Origin: Chiloscyllium plagiosum
Lineage: Eukaryota
Assembly (NCBI RefSeq): GCF_004010195.1
Contig: NC_057754.1
Location: 11,811,609 to 11,875,608 of the forward strand
Length of the DNA: 64,000 nt
Reading direction: 5' to 3'
Shown here: positions 37,979 to 50,492 of the stretch, in pieces
Layout: every line of letters starts with the position of its first letter
How positions within the stretch are numbered: position 1 is the first letter of the stretch
Translations under genes and position numbers: made by a program
Notes under the pieces: generated by a model
Told to the model about the DNA's origin: nothing
Databases searched by the model: none
Seen by the model: the letters and a program-made list of their open reading frames with translations, nothing else

Positions 37979-39521
37979 AATTTAGATGCCTGGTCCTTTA
38001 CTCAGTGGGCTTCCTCGTGTTACTGAGCGCAAGGTCACCTGAGAGGGACAACCACAGGTACAGATCAAGTTACAAGGATGTGTCTCATAACTTGTGAAAC
38101 ATGCCTGTCCATGGAGCATCACATGGGACATACCGGGATGTGAACAATAGCCTGACACACACCATTTCATTATTTCTGAGCTACACAATGCCAGCACTCG
38201 ATACACTAGGGAGAGGAAAACCCAAGGCCAGGGAAAGATGCAGAGGGACAGAGAGATTCACATTAAAGACAAAAACAGGCAGTTAATTAACTGAAAATAT
38301 GTTGTGGAAATATGGGGGAAAAGTAGGACTAACTGGATAAGTGAGATCTTCGAGAATAAAATTACAAGAATGAGAACATTAAATAAAGGCATTGTCAGAT
38401 CTGCTGAAATGGTTTGTTACATCAAATTCTGAATCTGCTTCACAGAACACCACAAACAACACAACCTGGGACAAGATGACAGACCAGCATGGAGAGCTGT
38501 GCAGACAATGCTAGTGTGTTGCTCAGTAAACTGCACTGTCTGGAGACTATTGCAAACTTTACTATCATATGCTAACTATACTCGCATCAGATTGATGCCT
38601 ACAATGAGAAGGTTTGCTCTCTGTTTTGCGTGTGTGTGCGAGTGTGTGTCCGTGTGTGCTTGTGTGTTCATCAGAGACTGAGAAAGAGAGTGTGTGTATG
38701 CGCGATTGGCGTGGTTGAATGCGAAACTCATTGTTGGAGAAGGAAAGCACATGGAGGAAACTACTTTAAATAAGAACAATTGGCAGGCTTTTTGTTAATC
38801 AACAGAGAGAACGAGAGAAGTTTCATGGACAAATGAGGAAAAGTGTTTGAGAATGTTAAAATAAAGTCATCGCCAGACGCAATGGCAATATACATCCACG
38901 TGCACATGAATTGACAGATGGATGGGATTTTGGCGTGAGGTCGAATCGGATTTGCTTCGGCAGGTTGAAGCCGGGAGAGTCAGCAGCAGATTATTGACTT
39001 CATTAAGAATGTACATCATAGCTCAAGATTCAAACAGCCGATGGAATAAACCAGTGAGATATATTCTGGAGTGGTGAGTATGAAGTTAGAAATAGTCAGG
39101 GAATGGTGTCAAGAATGAGCTCATAGTCAAAGGGATCACCCACAGTTGTGACTTGCCCGCTTCAGCCACAGATATTGGCCAGGGATGGGATGGAAACAAT
39201 GGAAGGAAGTGGAGTTTGTAACCAGAATAGTAGACAGTGACCTCCATGCTCTTAATAGTTAAATAACAAAGGCAATGATACAATGCGTTGTGGTTCTCCG
39301 CTGAAACTGAGTAGGTTAACATAGAGACCCGTGAGTAACACTGCCAGAGCAGAGAGGGAGACAGTAATTGAACACGTTCATTGATGGTCTGTAGAGTGAA
39401 TATCTGGATTCAGAGTTTCAACAGGAACAATAATAGTGGCAAGAAGTGTAGACTATATGAACTAACAATAATACAGTTATAAAAGGTTTATAGAAAACAA
39501 AATCTGGACAGTAACACTTAC

Positions 39522-39699
39522 CAGGAACACCAACGAAAGCCAGGAAGGGATAATAAAAGTATTGAATAATGAGAAGAGCGTAATAGATCAGCGATGATAA
39601 TGACAACCAATCAAATGCAGAAAGATACCAAACATAAGTGGATAGGCTTCTGTCTATTGTTGGAATATTCCAGTCTAACGTTCTCAGATTCTGATCCAT
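39522..39699 (-). CDS. First coding exon of a GPR139/GPR142-like rhodopsin-family GPCR (N-terminus and start of TM1)
   Basis: MDQNLRTLDWNIPTIDRSLSTYVWYLSAFDWLSLSSLIYYALLIIQYFYYPFLAFVGVP, ending CCT G|GTAAGT (phase-1 donor). The YYP.LA..GVP motif is typical of TM1 in this family. An in-frame TAA lies upstream of the ATG. Confidence 0.75.
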
Positions 39700-40554
39700 T
39701 GTTGGAACATTCCAGTCTAATGTTCTCAGATTTTGATCACTCCTCCCCCTCTCTCTGCTGATCCCTTGATCCTCCCGCTCATGTTATGGGTTACCACATT
39801 GAACGGAACCTATTTATCATTAAAGATAGAAACTCTCCACTGGGATAATTAGAATCCATGGAGATTGGAATTAATCGCAGTCACTGAACAAATAGGCTCA
39901 GTTAACCAGTTCCATACATCACTTTTCATTTACTGGTTTTGGATGGAGTGGATGAGGGTTGCTGAGGGATGGACCATAAATCTTTCAATCTTTTTAATCT
40001 TTTTTTCCTTGTATATGAGAGTATTAACAGAACACTGCAGGGGTCTATATATGTTCCACTCTGTTTATGAAAGGAGGCGGTTATAAAATAACAGATCGTC
40101 TGCATAAAAAAAAGTCGGACGGGCAAGTTTCTAGATATCTGAACACAAAGTACGATACTTATTGACCAGTGTGAGGCTACACCTGGATTTAATGCCCTGT
40201 TGTCAAATACTTTCATAACCTTGAGACAGAGCATTGAGACTGTTGCTCAGGAACTGGTTGAAGCAATTCTGTCCCTATGGACTTCTTACAGAGGGCTAAG
40301 AGAAGGCCATTCAGCCCATGTTAGCCCGTTGCTACTTGAAAAGGTGGAAAGCTGGAATATTGGCACATTTTTCCAAAAGAATCATTCAAAACAAAGAGAT
40401 GTGTCGCTGCAGCTGCATGAAGTGTTACTGAGAGGGCACCTGGAGTACATTGTGTTGTTTGTGTTTCGGTAACTGAGAAGGGATGGACCTCCATTGGATA
40501 CTGTTTACCGACTGCGCGTAATCCACGGGTTGCTGTGTCATTTGATGTCTCACG

Positions 40555-40800
40555 TCTGTTACACAGGGACAGGAGGAGGTTATGAAGCCTCTCGAGTCTG
40601 TTGTAGAGGAAAAGGAGGAGGCTATTAAGCCTCTTGAGTCTATTTCAGAGGGACGGGAGGAGGCCAATCAGCCTCTTGACCCTATTACAGCGGGATAGGA
40701 CGAGGTCATTCAGCCTCTCAAGTCTATTACAGAGGGACAGGAAGAGCCGATTCAGCCTCTCGAGCCTGTTACAGAGGGGCAGGAAGTGTTTATTTAACTT
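40555..40800 (+). repeat. 42-bp minisatellite, diverged relative of 22200-22545
   Basis: GCCTCT anchors at about 40587, 40629, 40671, 40713 and 40755. Confidence 0.85.
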
Positions 40801-41073
40801 TCAAGTCTGTTACGCATAAATATTAGTTTTAAACTAGTTGTGGCATAGGAAAGACCTGATGTAAACATTAAAGTTCTAACTTTGACTGAGGCCAATTTTG
40901 AAAGTGTTGGCGAGTCCTGTGAAAGGCTGACTGGGGTACCCTATTCACAGGTAAAGGGATGGTTGGAAAATGCAAGGCCATTAAAACGTGGTTTCAGAGA
41001 GTCCAGAGCCAACGTCTTCCTATTAGTGAGATGGGCAAGGCTGGTGGGTGCAGGGAGTGCTGGATGGCTAGAT

Positions 41074-41295
41074 ATGATTAGATTACATTACAGTGTGGAA
41101 ACAGGCCCTTCGGCCCAACAAGTCCACACCGTCCCGCCGAAGTGCAACCCACCCATACCCCTATATTTAGGACTGTGGGATGAAACCGGAGCACCCGGAG
41201 GAAACCCACGCAGACACGGGGAGAACGTGCAAACACCACCCGGGTCTCTGGCGCTGTGAGGCAGCAGTGCTAACCACTGTGCCACTGTGCCGCCC
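41074..41295 (-). mobile_element. HE1-like SINE with internal deletions
   Basis: Reverse complement of the 32293 SINE head and tail. Confidence 0.88.
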
Positions 41296-42559
41296 ATACA
41301 TTGATGCTCTGGTCAAGGTAAGGAAGGAGGCATATGTCAGGTAAACAGAGCTGAGATAAAGTGAATCACGAGAGGTGTATAAGGGCAGTGAGTGTAAAGT
41401 CAACGGGTAAATCGGGCCAGAAAAATGTGGACATAAGATCGCTTTAGAAATAGGGTTATGAGGCATTGAAGAAATTTTACAGATCCTTTAATGGCAAAAG
41501 ATTAACTAGGGAGAGAAAAGGCCCCTTAAACATCACTAAGGCCACTTATGTATGGAACCACAGGAGATTGGAGAGATACGAAATAAGTATTTGTCCTCAG
41601 TATTTAATGTGAAGGAGGTTACAAGAGCGAGAGGATGAAGAAATATATAGTGATACCTTGAAAAGTGTCTATATATCAAGGTGGTGTTGGACATTTTAAA
41701 ACACATAAAGGTGAATAAATCCCTGGGATCTGATCAGTTGTATCCCAGATGTTTGTGGGAAGCTAGGAAAGAGATTGCTCAGCCTTTTGCTGATATGTTT
41801 GTATAATTGATTTCCACAGGTGAAGTGTCAAAAGACTGGAGGGCTGCTAACGTAGTGTCATTATTTAAGAAAGTAAGGAAAAAAACAGGTAACTATAGAT
41901 CGGTGAGCCTGACGTCCATGGTGACTAAATTGTTGGACGGGATTTTGAGGGAAAGGATATATATGCATTTGGAAAGATAAGGACTGAAGAGTGCTTTGCA
42001 TATTGGACATCACGTCTCACTGACTCGGTGGAATATTTTGAGGAAGTGATGAAGATGATTGATGAAAGCAGGACAGTGGATGTTGTCTTTATGGAATTCA
42101 GTACGAAAACCAAAATGTTCTACATGGTAGACTGGTTAACAAGGTTAGACTGCCTGGAATCCAGGGAGAGTTCGCTATTTAGATCGAAACTTTTCTTGAA
42201 TATTGGAGACAGGGCTTGACAGTGGACATTTGTCCATTGAACTTGGAGACCTGTGACCAGTGGCGTGCCGCAAAGATCAATAGTGGGTCCACTACTGCCT
42301 TTTACTTATACAAATCATTTGCATTTGAGTATATGAGGTATGGTCAGTAAGTTTGTAGATAATACCAAATTTGGTGGTGTAGTCGACAGTGAAGAATGAT
42401 CTCTCAGTTTATAATTGGAACTTGCTTAGGTGAACTGAGGAGTGGCAGATGGTGTTTATTTTAGTTAAATGTGAGGTGTTGCATTTTGGCAAGACAAGTC
42501 GAGGCAAGGCATACAAGTAGGGTCCTGTCGAAAGCTGCCAATCAAGGAGAACTCCATAG

Positions 42560-42908
42560 AAATTATCGAAATTCCTACAGTGAGGAAACAGCCTATTCGG
42601 CCCAAAGTGGCCACACCGACCCTCGAAACAGTATCCCACTGGACAAACCCCTACCCTATCCCTCTGAGCGTGCATTTCCCATGTCTCGCCTACACATCCC
42701 TGGGTACTATATGCAATTTTGGCTGGCCAATCTACCCTTATCTGTATATCTTTATACTGTCAGAGGAAAACATAGCATCCGGAGGAAATTCATGCAGACA
42801 CGGGGAGAACGTACAAACACCACACAGGCAGTCATTCAAGGATGGAATTGAACCCAGATCGCTGCACTTTGAAGCAGCAATGCTAGTCACTGAGCTACTG
42901 TGTCACCT
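42560..42908 (-). mobile_element. HE1-like SINE, diverged
   Basis: gcagacacggggagaacgtacaaac...gaattgaacccagatc...gcagcaatgctagtcactgagc. Confidence 0.75.
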
Positions 42909-43589
42909 TGTGGTGCAGGTTCTCAGTTCCTTGAAAGTGCCATCACAGGTAGACAGCGCAGTGAAGAAGGCACTTGGTGATCTTCCCTTTATTGGTGAGT
43001 GCTTTGAGTCGAAGCATTTGCATGACATGTTGCATCTGTACAGGACATTGGTTTGATTACTTTTGTAATATTGCCTTTAATTCTGGTCCCCCTGCTGTCG
43101 GAATGGTGTTGTCAAACTTGAAAGAGTGCAGAAGAGATTTGAAAGAATGTTGCAGGTGTTGGAGGGTTAGAGTTACAGGGAGAGATTGAATAGGCGTGGA
43201 CTATTTTCAAGTGTTGAGGCTGAGAGGTGACCATAAAGACGTTTTTAAAATCATGAGGGGCATAGATAAGGTCAATGTCTTTTCCCCAGGATTGGCAAGT
43301 CCAAAATTAGAAGACAAAGATTTAAGGTGAGAGGGGAAAGATTTAAATAGGGACATTTTCACACAGAGACTGCTGTGTGTATGGATTGAACAGCCACAAG
43401 AGGTAGTGAAGGCAGGTACAGTTGCAACATTTAAAAGGCATTTGGACGGATACATGCATGGGAAGTGTTTATAGGGAGATGTGCCAAGTGCTGGAAAGGG
43501 GGACGAGATTTATTTAGGATATTTTGTCGGTATGGACGATCAGACTGAAAGGTCTTTTTCTGTGCTGTATATCTCTGAGACTCTATTGC

Positions 43590-44120
43590 CACTTGAGTGT
43601 ATAACACAGGAACAAGAGGAGGCTATTCAGCTTCTGATTTCTGTCAGTCAGCTTGTTTGCTCAATTGTTGAGAGTAAAATGCAAAAATACATCTTTCAGA
43701 TTTTGATGGTGTTTTACAGAAACAGGAGAAAGGCTTTTAGTCCAGAGAAGCTGTAAGGAATGTGAAGAGGCCATTCAGGCCCTCAATTCCATTCCAAACG
43801 AGCAGCAGGTGAGCACAGAGCTATTGGAGCCTGTTAGTCAGTAGCAGAAGGAGGACATCTACTTTCGCAAACCTTGGATCAGGAGGCAGTCACTCAGTTG
43901 CTCAAGATTGGGACACAGAAAAAGGAGGGTGTCATCCAACTGCTTGAGACTGTGACACAGAAATAGGAGGAAGTCACTCAACTGCTTGATACTGGGACAG
44001 GAAGGAGTCACTCAGTGCTCGAAACTGGGGCACAGGGAAATCTGGAGGTTAGTGAGGCCCCAGGATCCTGTTACACAAGGACAGCAGGAGGTGACTCACT
44101 CTCCACCAGTATGGGACAGT
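43590..44120 (+). repeat. Highly diverged array of the 42-bp minisatellite family
   Basis: Recurrent acacagga(a/c)caggagg.ag(t/g)ca(c/t)tcag motifs. Confidence 0.6.
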
Positions 44121-44910
44121 AAGAGAGAAAGGAAGTTTGCTTGGAACAAACAGGAATTTGTTAATGAATAAATTGCATTAGTGGTCCATTCAATCCTGCC
44201 CCAACATTCACTAAGACTACGGCTGATCTGATGGTGATTCCATCATTCTATTTTACGGAGACTGTCCTCTCTGCAGCCTCTGCACCATTTGTTGGTCATG
44301 TTGCAGACCCAGATGCTGTAACAACAGTCACCATGACTCATCCAGAGGGATGGGTCTAACCGGATGAGTCAAGATTCCAATCACAAGAAGTAAAACACAA
44401 AATAAAGGCATTGCCAGTTGTCTAGTACTCTCACATCCGCAATCCAACTCACATAACCAGCCCATCCATTACATATTCAGGATGGAGCACTGTGTAGACT
44501 CGGTGAAATCTGCCAAAGCAACGAGAAACAAAACTGATGAGTTTCCTTTTGCACTTTAACTCTCTGTTTTTCTAAGCAGCATTTTCTTTAAGCTGAAATA
44601 AAGTCGGAGCAAATTTGAATGCAACATTGATCGTTCCAATGAGATAAATCTAATTCCCTTCCGATTATAACAATGAACATTGTGAGGTTGCAGTAAAAAT
44701 AATAAAATGAAACGCACAAAACAGCGTTTTTGCTATTTAATCCAATTCAGGTTCGGCCATATGAGAAAGGCCATTGAGCCACAACATCGCCTTAATTTCC
44801 CACTGCATGGTTGCTTCTTCACGTGAGAGAGAAAGTGACTGAAGAAATGATAGTCAAACGTAAGTGTGAATATAATGGGAAATTCTTGTTCTCTGTTTCA
44901 TTCTGACACA

Positions 44911-45745
44911 GTTCTGACTCAGAATGTATCAATGACAGCTATTCAATCTGACGAGCATGGCTATTTATTGGATTTTGCTGTTATTATAATTCTGGTGAAA
45001 GCAGAAACACAATGGTGTGGATTACATTCCGCTCTGGAAATTTCTTTTCCATGACTTTCACCGCATGTAATCGTGATGAGGTCACATGTCACCACTCTGC
45101 AAAATGTGCAGAAGAGACCGAGAGATTATGGTGGTGGGTTATTATACCGCTGTGTTCCGCATTCACGAGTTCGAGTCACACTTTGGTTGCTAACTTCACA
45201 AATCACTACTGCAGTTTTACTTTGTACCTCACACCTCTGGTATACTCTGGATCGAGGATCTTGTTGCCCTTATCTGCACGGGAGATTCATGAATAATCGA
45301 CACCAACTGAACGTCGAAATGAAGAGTGAGAGCAGTCATTCTATTCAATTGTACATTAAATTGGTGTAATGAGAAGGAACGCATTTTTCTTTCCACCACT
45401 CATTCCATCTTGTCTTTCTATGAATTTACATCGAAAGAAAGAGAAACAAATGACAAGAGATCGGGTGCACAAGTTTATCCAGTGGGGTTATACGTGACAA
45501 TTTTAACCTAACACTTCACACGATGATCTGATCAGTATTTCAAACAGTCACTCGGAATTGGAACCGCAGAAAACCTCTCCAATGAAACGAACCTTTCATT
45601 CTTTCACAAATTTCTGCTGTGTGTGAATCATACAACGATCCAACATCCATCGTGATCACTGACTTGCCAAATATATAAGGTCTACCAACTTTCTTCAGCA
45701 ACCACAGCTTCTGTACACAGCCACCTGTGCTATGCCCAGTGTCAT
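44911..45745 (+). pseudogene. Heavily decayed GPR139-like GPCR coding body
   Basis: Colinear frameshifted echoes: LTSMAI/DFAVIII (TM2 LVAMA.ADLLVII), GNFFSMT..C, TSHLW, VILFN (TM5), NSHSEL/NRRK (HSDPEMENRRKS), FIL (TM6) and LQ..SFCT/TA..AM (TM7). Preceded by an acceptor-like ...tctgacacag. Confidence 0.45.
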
Positions 45746-45811
45746 TTGTTGTCTCTAGGTAACAGCACATTTCTTCTTCCTGAGTTTATGAGCCTTGTTC
45801 CTGATCTGTCC

Positions 45812-46107
45812 GATTAGATTACTTACAGTGTGTAAACAGGCCCTTCGGCCCAACAAGTCCACACCGACCCGCCGAAACGTAACCCACCCATTCCCCTACA
45901 TTTACCCCTTCACCTAACACTACGGGCAATTTAGTATGGCCAATTCACCCGACCTGTACATCTTTGGACTGTGGGAGGAAACCGGAGCACCCGGAGGAAA
46001 CCCACGCAGACACAGGGAGAATGTGCAAACTCCACACAGTCTGTCGCCTGAGTCGGGAATTGAACCCGGGTCTCTGGCACTGTGAGGCAGCAGTGCTAAC
46101 CACTGTG
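45812..46107 (-). mobile_element. HE1-like SINE
   Basis: Close reverse complement of 32293-32590. Confidence 0.9.
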
Positions 46108-46360
46108 TTTGATAATCCTTTTCTATCACTTCGTCCTATCCCCGCACAATTCTGAACTTATGAATAAAATAAGGTGTGAGACCAAATGTTAAACAAAGTG
46201 GAAGTATGCCATTCAGCCCATGGACTCTGCCCCACATTCAACGAACTCATGGTTGATCTGATAATCTTCAAATCCTTTCTGCTCACTGATCTTGACAAAG
46301 TTTCATCATCTTTCTGATTAACTATCTGGCACAGTTTGAAAATACCCAACAACTCAACCT

Positions 46361-46419
46361 CAGCAGTGGGTGCCACTGGAACTTGGATCCAGCGCCCTAG
46401 ACCGCTCGGCCACACTACC
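46361..46419 (-). pseudogene. tRNA-Leu-derived pseudogene (CAA in the loop; variable and T arms deleted)
   Basis: Reverse complement GGTAGTGTGGCCGAGCGGTCTAGGGCGCTGGATCCAAGTTCCAGTGGCACCCACTGCTG. The anticodon stem CTGGA/TCCAG is intact. Confidence 0.8.
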
Positions 46420-48703
46420 AGCCGGCCACCCTGCCCATTTTCTTGCATTTCCAATTGTGCTCCTGCATAACAACAGATGCAAAGTCACATTGCAAGTGTT
46501 CCATGATCCCTCTCCGACTCGCACAGCTGCTGGGATGTGCACAGCTACAATATCAATTTCGCAGCAGATAATGATAGCCCATCAATCCAGATAAATATCA
46601 ATGGTAAGCTGAGTCTATCTTCTCAGACTCTTTTCAGCTACAAATGTATCTGTGAGTGCGTGAGAATATATGTTCGGTTATGATTTGGTAAGATAACCAT
46701 GAGCTGCATGACATTACTGCAATTTCGATTCTTGCTTTGCGAAATGATTTCACCCATTGCTCGAAGGAGAACAACTTTCATGTTTACACGGAACATGACA
46801 CACACCGGACTACAAGGAAAATGCACAAAGCTGAGCAGGCCGTGTTCCACATCATACCGTGCAGCATAGTTTCTATCACTGTGTCTGTTTTGCAGATTAA
46901 GAGTCCCAAAGAATGTTCTGAACCCTCCAACCTGAGGTGGCATTACAATCCGAGAATGACAGATCACATTATGAGGATGCTCTGACCTCGGGGACAGTTC
47001 GAGATGCCAATTGCCTTGCATTTTACCTTAACAGTGCAATTTGCTGCAGAGATGGTCACACCTGGACATGAGGCGCATGGATACCAATTGAGTTGGATAC
47101 CTGTGTGGGTATTGACGAGAAGCGACTCAAGAACTTTTGCGAAATTCCATGCTGCTTAGTAGAAATGCAGTTTCTGTTCACATCAGTCTAAATGGCAGTT
47201 TCTGAACACAGTAACAGAAGTAAAAACGTAATTACCCCACCCCACCCCCCACTCCAGAAGAGGTGCTAACTGCACTTGAGTGCTTTTTGTTCTCGATGTG
47301 AAGAGCTCTCACGCCTGAGTCACCTTCACATCTCTTGTTGCTGAGTAAATCACAAAGATGGGGTTTCACCAGAGCTGCAGCTGCCTCACTTCCCCACTCG
47401 CCCTGCCCATTTACATTTTCCTGCTCATCAGTGATTTAAAGAAATCAAATGGATGTGATGTCATTCTGTAGCCTCTCTGTCATTTCCTCAGTTTCAGTTC
47501 CAACATGGCTTAGATCTCGGGGCGCACCTTAATACTCGCGACGCTATGAAAGCACAAATCCAGAGGTTGCTCTGAGAGTGTAAATTCATTCATTGCTGTT
47601 GCTGATTGAATGAGCCACGAACGTGCGAACTGCTCCACAACATGATTCAGGACCTCTGGTGCCAATTCTCGCTCGTTGAAAAAGGACAGACAGCTTCCAA
47701 ATGAGGACTTTCAGAGGCGATTCTGGGGTACGTTTGACAGACAGACTAGTTCAGGAATCCGTGGTGCACTGTGACACCAGTGCCTCAGCTTCTTCCCTGT
47801 CTTTGAACCGGGCCACCTGCGCAAGGAATGCAAATGCGTTGCTGCTTTTCGTGGAAGGATCAGAACGCGGTAACTCCACTCTCAAAGAGAATGGCATATG
47901 ATCAGAACCAGGTTGGAGAAAAACTTTACAATGCTTTGCACAGTAATTAAATGGAAGTGCTGGAAGTTATCTCAGAAACCCTGTTAACTCGTAATGTATT
48001 GAGCGAATCCATTTAACACGGAACGCAAACTAAACTGGCAAACCAAATGCGTATTAAGACACAGCGAAGCATGTATGCTGAATGTGAGACAGTCGGAGGG
48101 CAGGAGCCATAAACTAATCTCACAACTAACAGCAGGGCAATTCCAAACTACTCTTTCAAACACACTGGAGCATTAGTGCACCACCACTTCGAAGAAAGTG
48201 CTGAAAAGAGAGAAAGAAAGAACATAATAAGAATGGGCCATAAAAAATGAACTTCACCAATCACAGTCTGGATTAGATTACCTTTCCTTTCCAATGTCTC
48301 CAGGACAGAAATGAAGGAAATGGGAGAAATTTAAGAACATATGACATAAAAAAATTCATTGGAATTATTTTCCCATTCGACAGAACACCAAATAACGACG
48401 AGTCGAGTCGAGTCACCGCAGGACTTTGTTTCACAACAGCAATGAAATAACAGTCTCCATTCGGTTCCAGTAACAGCTCAACTTGCCTGGAACATAAAGC
48501 AGCAGTAGAGCTGCTTGCGATTTTCCGTGCGGGAGGCGAACACGATCATGACAGCACAGACGCTTTGAGAAATTCGGCACTCTCCCACAACACAGCTAAC
48601 TCTCCGGGAAGCAAACCCGTTCGTCTTTTGTCTTGAACATCAACACAGCAGTGAACGACACAGCATTTTCGCATACTGCAGCGTTAGAGTTGATCAGCAG
48701 ATA

Positions 48704-48792
48704 TAGCAGTGGAGGGATTCGAGCCAACACCCTGATTGGAACTGGAACCTAGACCCTAGATTTAGCGGTTTCGCCCGCTCGGCCATACTAAC
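48704..48792 (-). pseudogene. tRNA-Leu-derived pseudogene
   Basis: Reverse complement GTTAGTATGGCCGAGCGG...TCTAGGTTCCAGT...GTGTTGGCTCGAATCCCTCCACTGCTA. A box and a B-box-like sequence are recognisable. Confidence 0.7.
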
Positions 48793-50418
48793 AGCCGGGT
48801 TAGTATGGCCGGGTTAGTATTTTCTTGCATTTCCAAGTGTGCTCCTGCATAACAACAGATGCAAAGTCACATTGCAAGTGTTCCATGATCCCTCTCCGAC
48901 TCGCACAGCTGCTGGGATGTGCACAGCTACAATATCAATTGCGCAGCAGATAATGATAGCCCATCAATCCAGACAAAAATCAATGGTAAGCTGAGTCTAT
49001 CTTCTCAGACTCTTTTCATCTACAAATATATCTGTGAGTGCGTGAGAATATATGTTCGGTTATAATTTGGTAAAATAGCTATGAGCTGCATGACATTACT
49101 GCAATTTCGATTCTTGCTTTGCGAAATGATTTCACACATTGCTCGAAGGAGAACAACTTTCACTTTACACGGAACACGAAACACAACGGACGACAGGGAA
49201 AATGCACAAAGCTGAGCAGGCCGTGTTCCACATCATACAGTGCAGCATAGTTTCAGTCACTGCGTCTGTTTTGCAGCGTAAGCGTCTCAATCCTAAAAGC
49301 GGAGGTAGCATTACAATCCGAGAACGACAGATCAAATTGTGAGGATGCCCTGACCTCGGGACCAGTTCGAGATTCCACTTTCCTTGACTTTTACCTTAAT
49401 CGTGCAATTTGGTGCAGAGATGTTCACACCTGGACATGAGCCACATGGATACCAACTGAGTTGGAAACCTGTGTGGGAATCGATGAGAAGCGACTCAATA
49501 ACTTTTGCTAACTTCCATGCTGCTTTGTAGAAATGCAGTTTCTGTTGACGTCAATCTAAAAGGCAGTTTCTGAACATAGTAACATAGTAATTACCCCACC
49601 ACACCCCGGAAGATGTCAAAGAGGTGCTAACTGCACTTGAGTGCTTTTTGTTCTCATATGAAGAGCTCTCACGCCTGAGTCACCTTCACATCTCTTGTTG
49701 CTCAGTGAATCACAAAAATGGGGTTTCACCAGAGCTGCAGCTGCCTCACTTCCCCACTCGCCCTCCCGTTTACATTTTCCTGCTCATCAGTGATTTAAAG
49801 AAAACCGAATGGATGCGATGTCATTCTGTAGCCTCTCTGTCGTTTCCTCAGTTTCAGTTCCATCATGGCTTAGATCTCGGGGCGCACCTTAATACGAGCG
49901 ACGCTATGAAAGCACAAATCCAGAGGTTTCTCTGAGAGTGTAATTTCTTTCATTGCTGTTGCTGATTGAATGAGCCACGAACGTGCAAAGTGCTCCCAAA
50001 CATTGTCGCATGTTGAATAACGACAGACAGCTTCCAAATGAGGCCTTTCGGAAACGACTTTGGGGTACATTTGACAGACAGACGAGTTCCGGAATCCGTG
50101 GTGCGCTGTGACGCCGGTGCATCAGCTTCTTCCCTGTCTTTGAACCGGGTCGCCTGCGCAAGGAATGCAAATGCGGTGCTGCTTTTCGTGGAAGGATCAG
50201 AACGCGGTAACTACACGCTCAAACAGAATGGCATATGATCAGAACCAGGTTGGAGAAAACCTTAACAACATTTCTCCCAGTAATTAAATGGAATTGCATT
50301 ACTTTTCACCCCGAGAGCAGATTTGCGTGAGCAAACTCAAAGCCAGGATTGCGAATGGGAAAGCAAGCAAGAAAGCTCCGTTCTCGCTTGTCTAAAAGGC
50401 TCCTGTCGGGAACAGGGC

Positions 50419-50492
50419 TGTTTCTGACCAGTTTCATACTGGGGAACCTTTCCCGTGTAAGGCGAACGTGATAACCATGACACTTCAGAAAC
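50419..50492 (-). pseudogene. tRNA-Val(TAC)-like, probably a pseudogene
   Basis: Reverse complement GTTTCTGAAGTGTCATGGTTATCACGTTCGCCTTACACGGGAAAGGTTCCCCAGTATGAAACTGGTCAGAAACA. Acceptor stem GTTTCTG/CAGAAAC is perfect, but the T-loop is mutated (TATGAAA). Confidence 0.8.

Larger units (their letters stand above)
40840..43585 (+). mobile_element. Decayed CR1 LINE ORF2 to 3' end, interrupted by two SINEs
   Basis: KSLGSDQLYPRCLWEA, GNYRSVSLTS, EYFEEVMKMIDESRTVDVVFM and SKFVDNTK, then CR1 3' sequence. Confidence 0.85.
46361..50300 (+). repeat. Tandem segmental duplication, period about 2.38 kb (about 46361-47960 and 48704-50295)
   Basis: attttcttgcatttccaa.tgtgctcctgcataacaacag at about 46437 and 48819. 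Similarity is colinear through taattaaatggaa at about 47944 and 50281. Confidence 0.93.

Noticed and set aside
37982..38210. Minus-strand acceptor plus Cys-rich ORF as exon 2 of the GPCR
   Set aside because: The translation has no transmembrane or GPCR motifs.
38680..38800. Two ATTGG (CCAAT-box) motifs as a promoter
   Set aside because: No linked gene, CpG island or other support.
48520..48565. Possible minus-strand tRNA-Val fragment (gaggcgaacacgat)
   Set aside because: The match is too short to distinguish from chance.
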